From positions 620,001 to 684,000 of the forward strand of contig CATNEN010000030.1 in assembly GCA_950097015.1 (NCBI GenBank): a DNA stretch of 64,000 bases. The letters run 5' to 3'. A program made the translations under genes and the position numbers. This DNA comes from Macrostomum hystrix. Taxonomy: Eukaryota; Animalia; Platyhelminthes. This document shows, piece after piece, positions 63,865 to 64,000 of the stretch (its first letter is position 1; every line of letters starts with the position of its first letter). The notes under the pieces were generated by a model, which saw only the letters and a program-made list of their open reading frames with translations, was not told the origin of the DNA and made no database searches.

Positions 63865-64000
63865 CAGGAGGATGATTACCTAGAATCGCAGGAGGATGAT
63901 TACTTAGAATCGCAGGAGGATGATTACCTAGAATCGCAGGAGGATGATTACCTAGAATCGCAGGAGGATGATTACCTAGAATCGCAGGAGGATGATTACC
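63865..64000. repeat. 24-bp tandem repeat (GAGGATGATTACCTAGAATCGCAG), truncated by window end
   Basis: About 5.5 visible units. Confidence 0.93.

Overview
Eukaryotic (metazoan) genomic DNA with GC-rich exons, short GT-AG introns and very dense minisatellites. The style suggests a free-living flatworm such as Macrostomum, but that is inference only. Host genes, all on +: an ASK1/MAP3K5-like kinase (~4.2-12.0 kb), a DEG/ENaC (ASIC-like) channel with one frameshift (16.4-18.5 kb), then synaptophysin-like, NDUFB6, DPM1 and a complete viperin/RSAD2 (39.0-49.2 kb). An AT-rich, decayed Polinton/Maverick (adintovirus-like) endogenous virus lies at ~27.5-37.2 kb. It has a protein-primed PolB, major capsid, penton-like segments and an adenovirus pX-like 'GGILP' protein. 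No integrase or packaging ATPase is recognisable, and a young RTE LINE with a 7-bp TSD interrupts its PolB. Also present are an internally deleted LINE, two tRNA-derived SINE families and about 18 tandem arrays. Best leads: the Polinton and its two oppositely oriented penton-like pieces, six STAT-type TTCYNRGAA sites upstream of viperin, the non-canonical DEG/ENaC gating and filter motifs, and splice acceptors in front of start codons in a same-strand gene run. All protein assignments come from remembered family motifs, not database searches.
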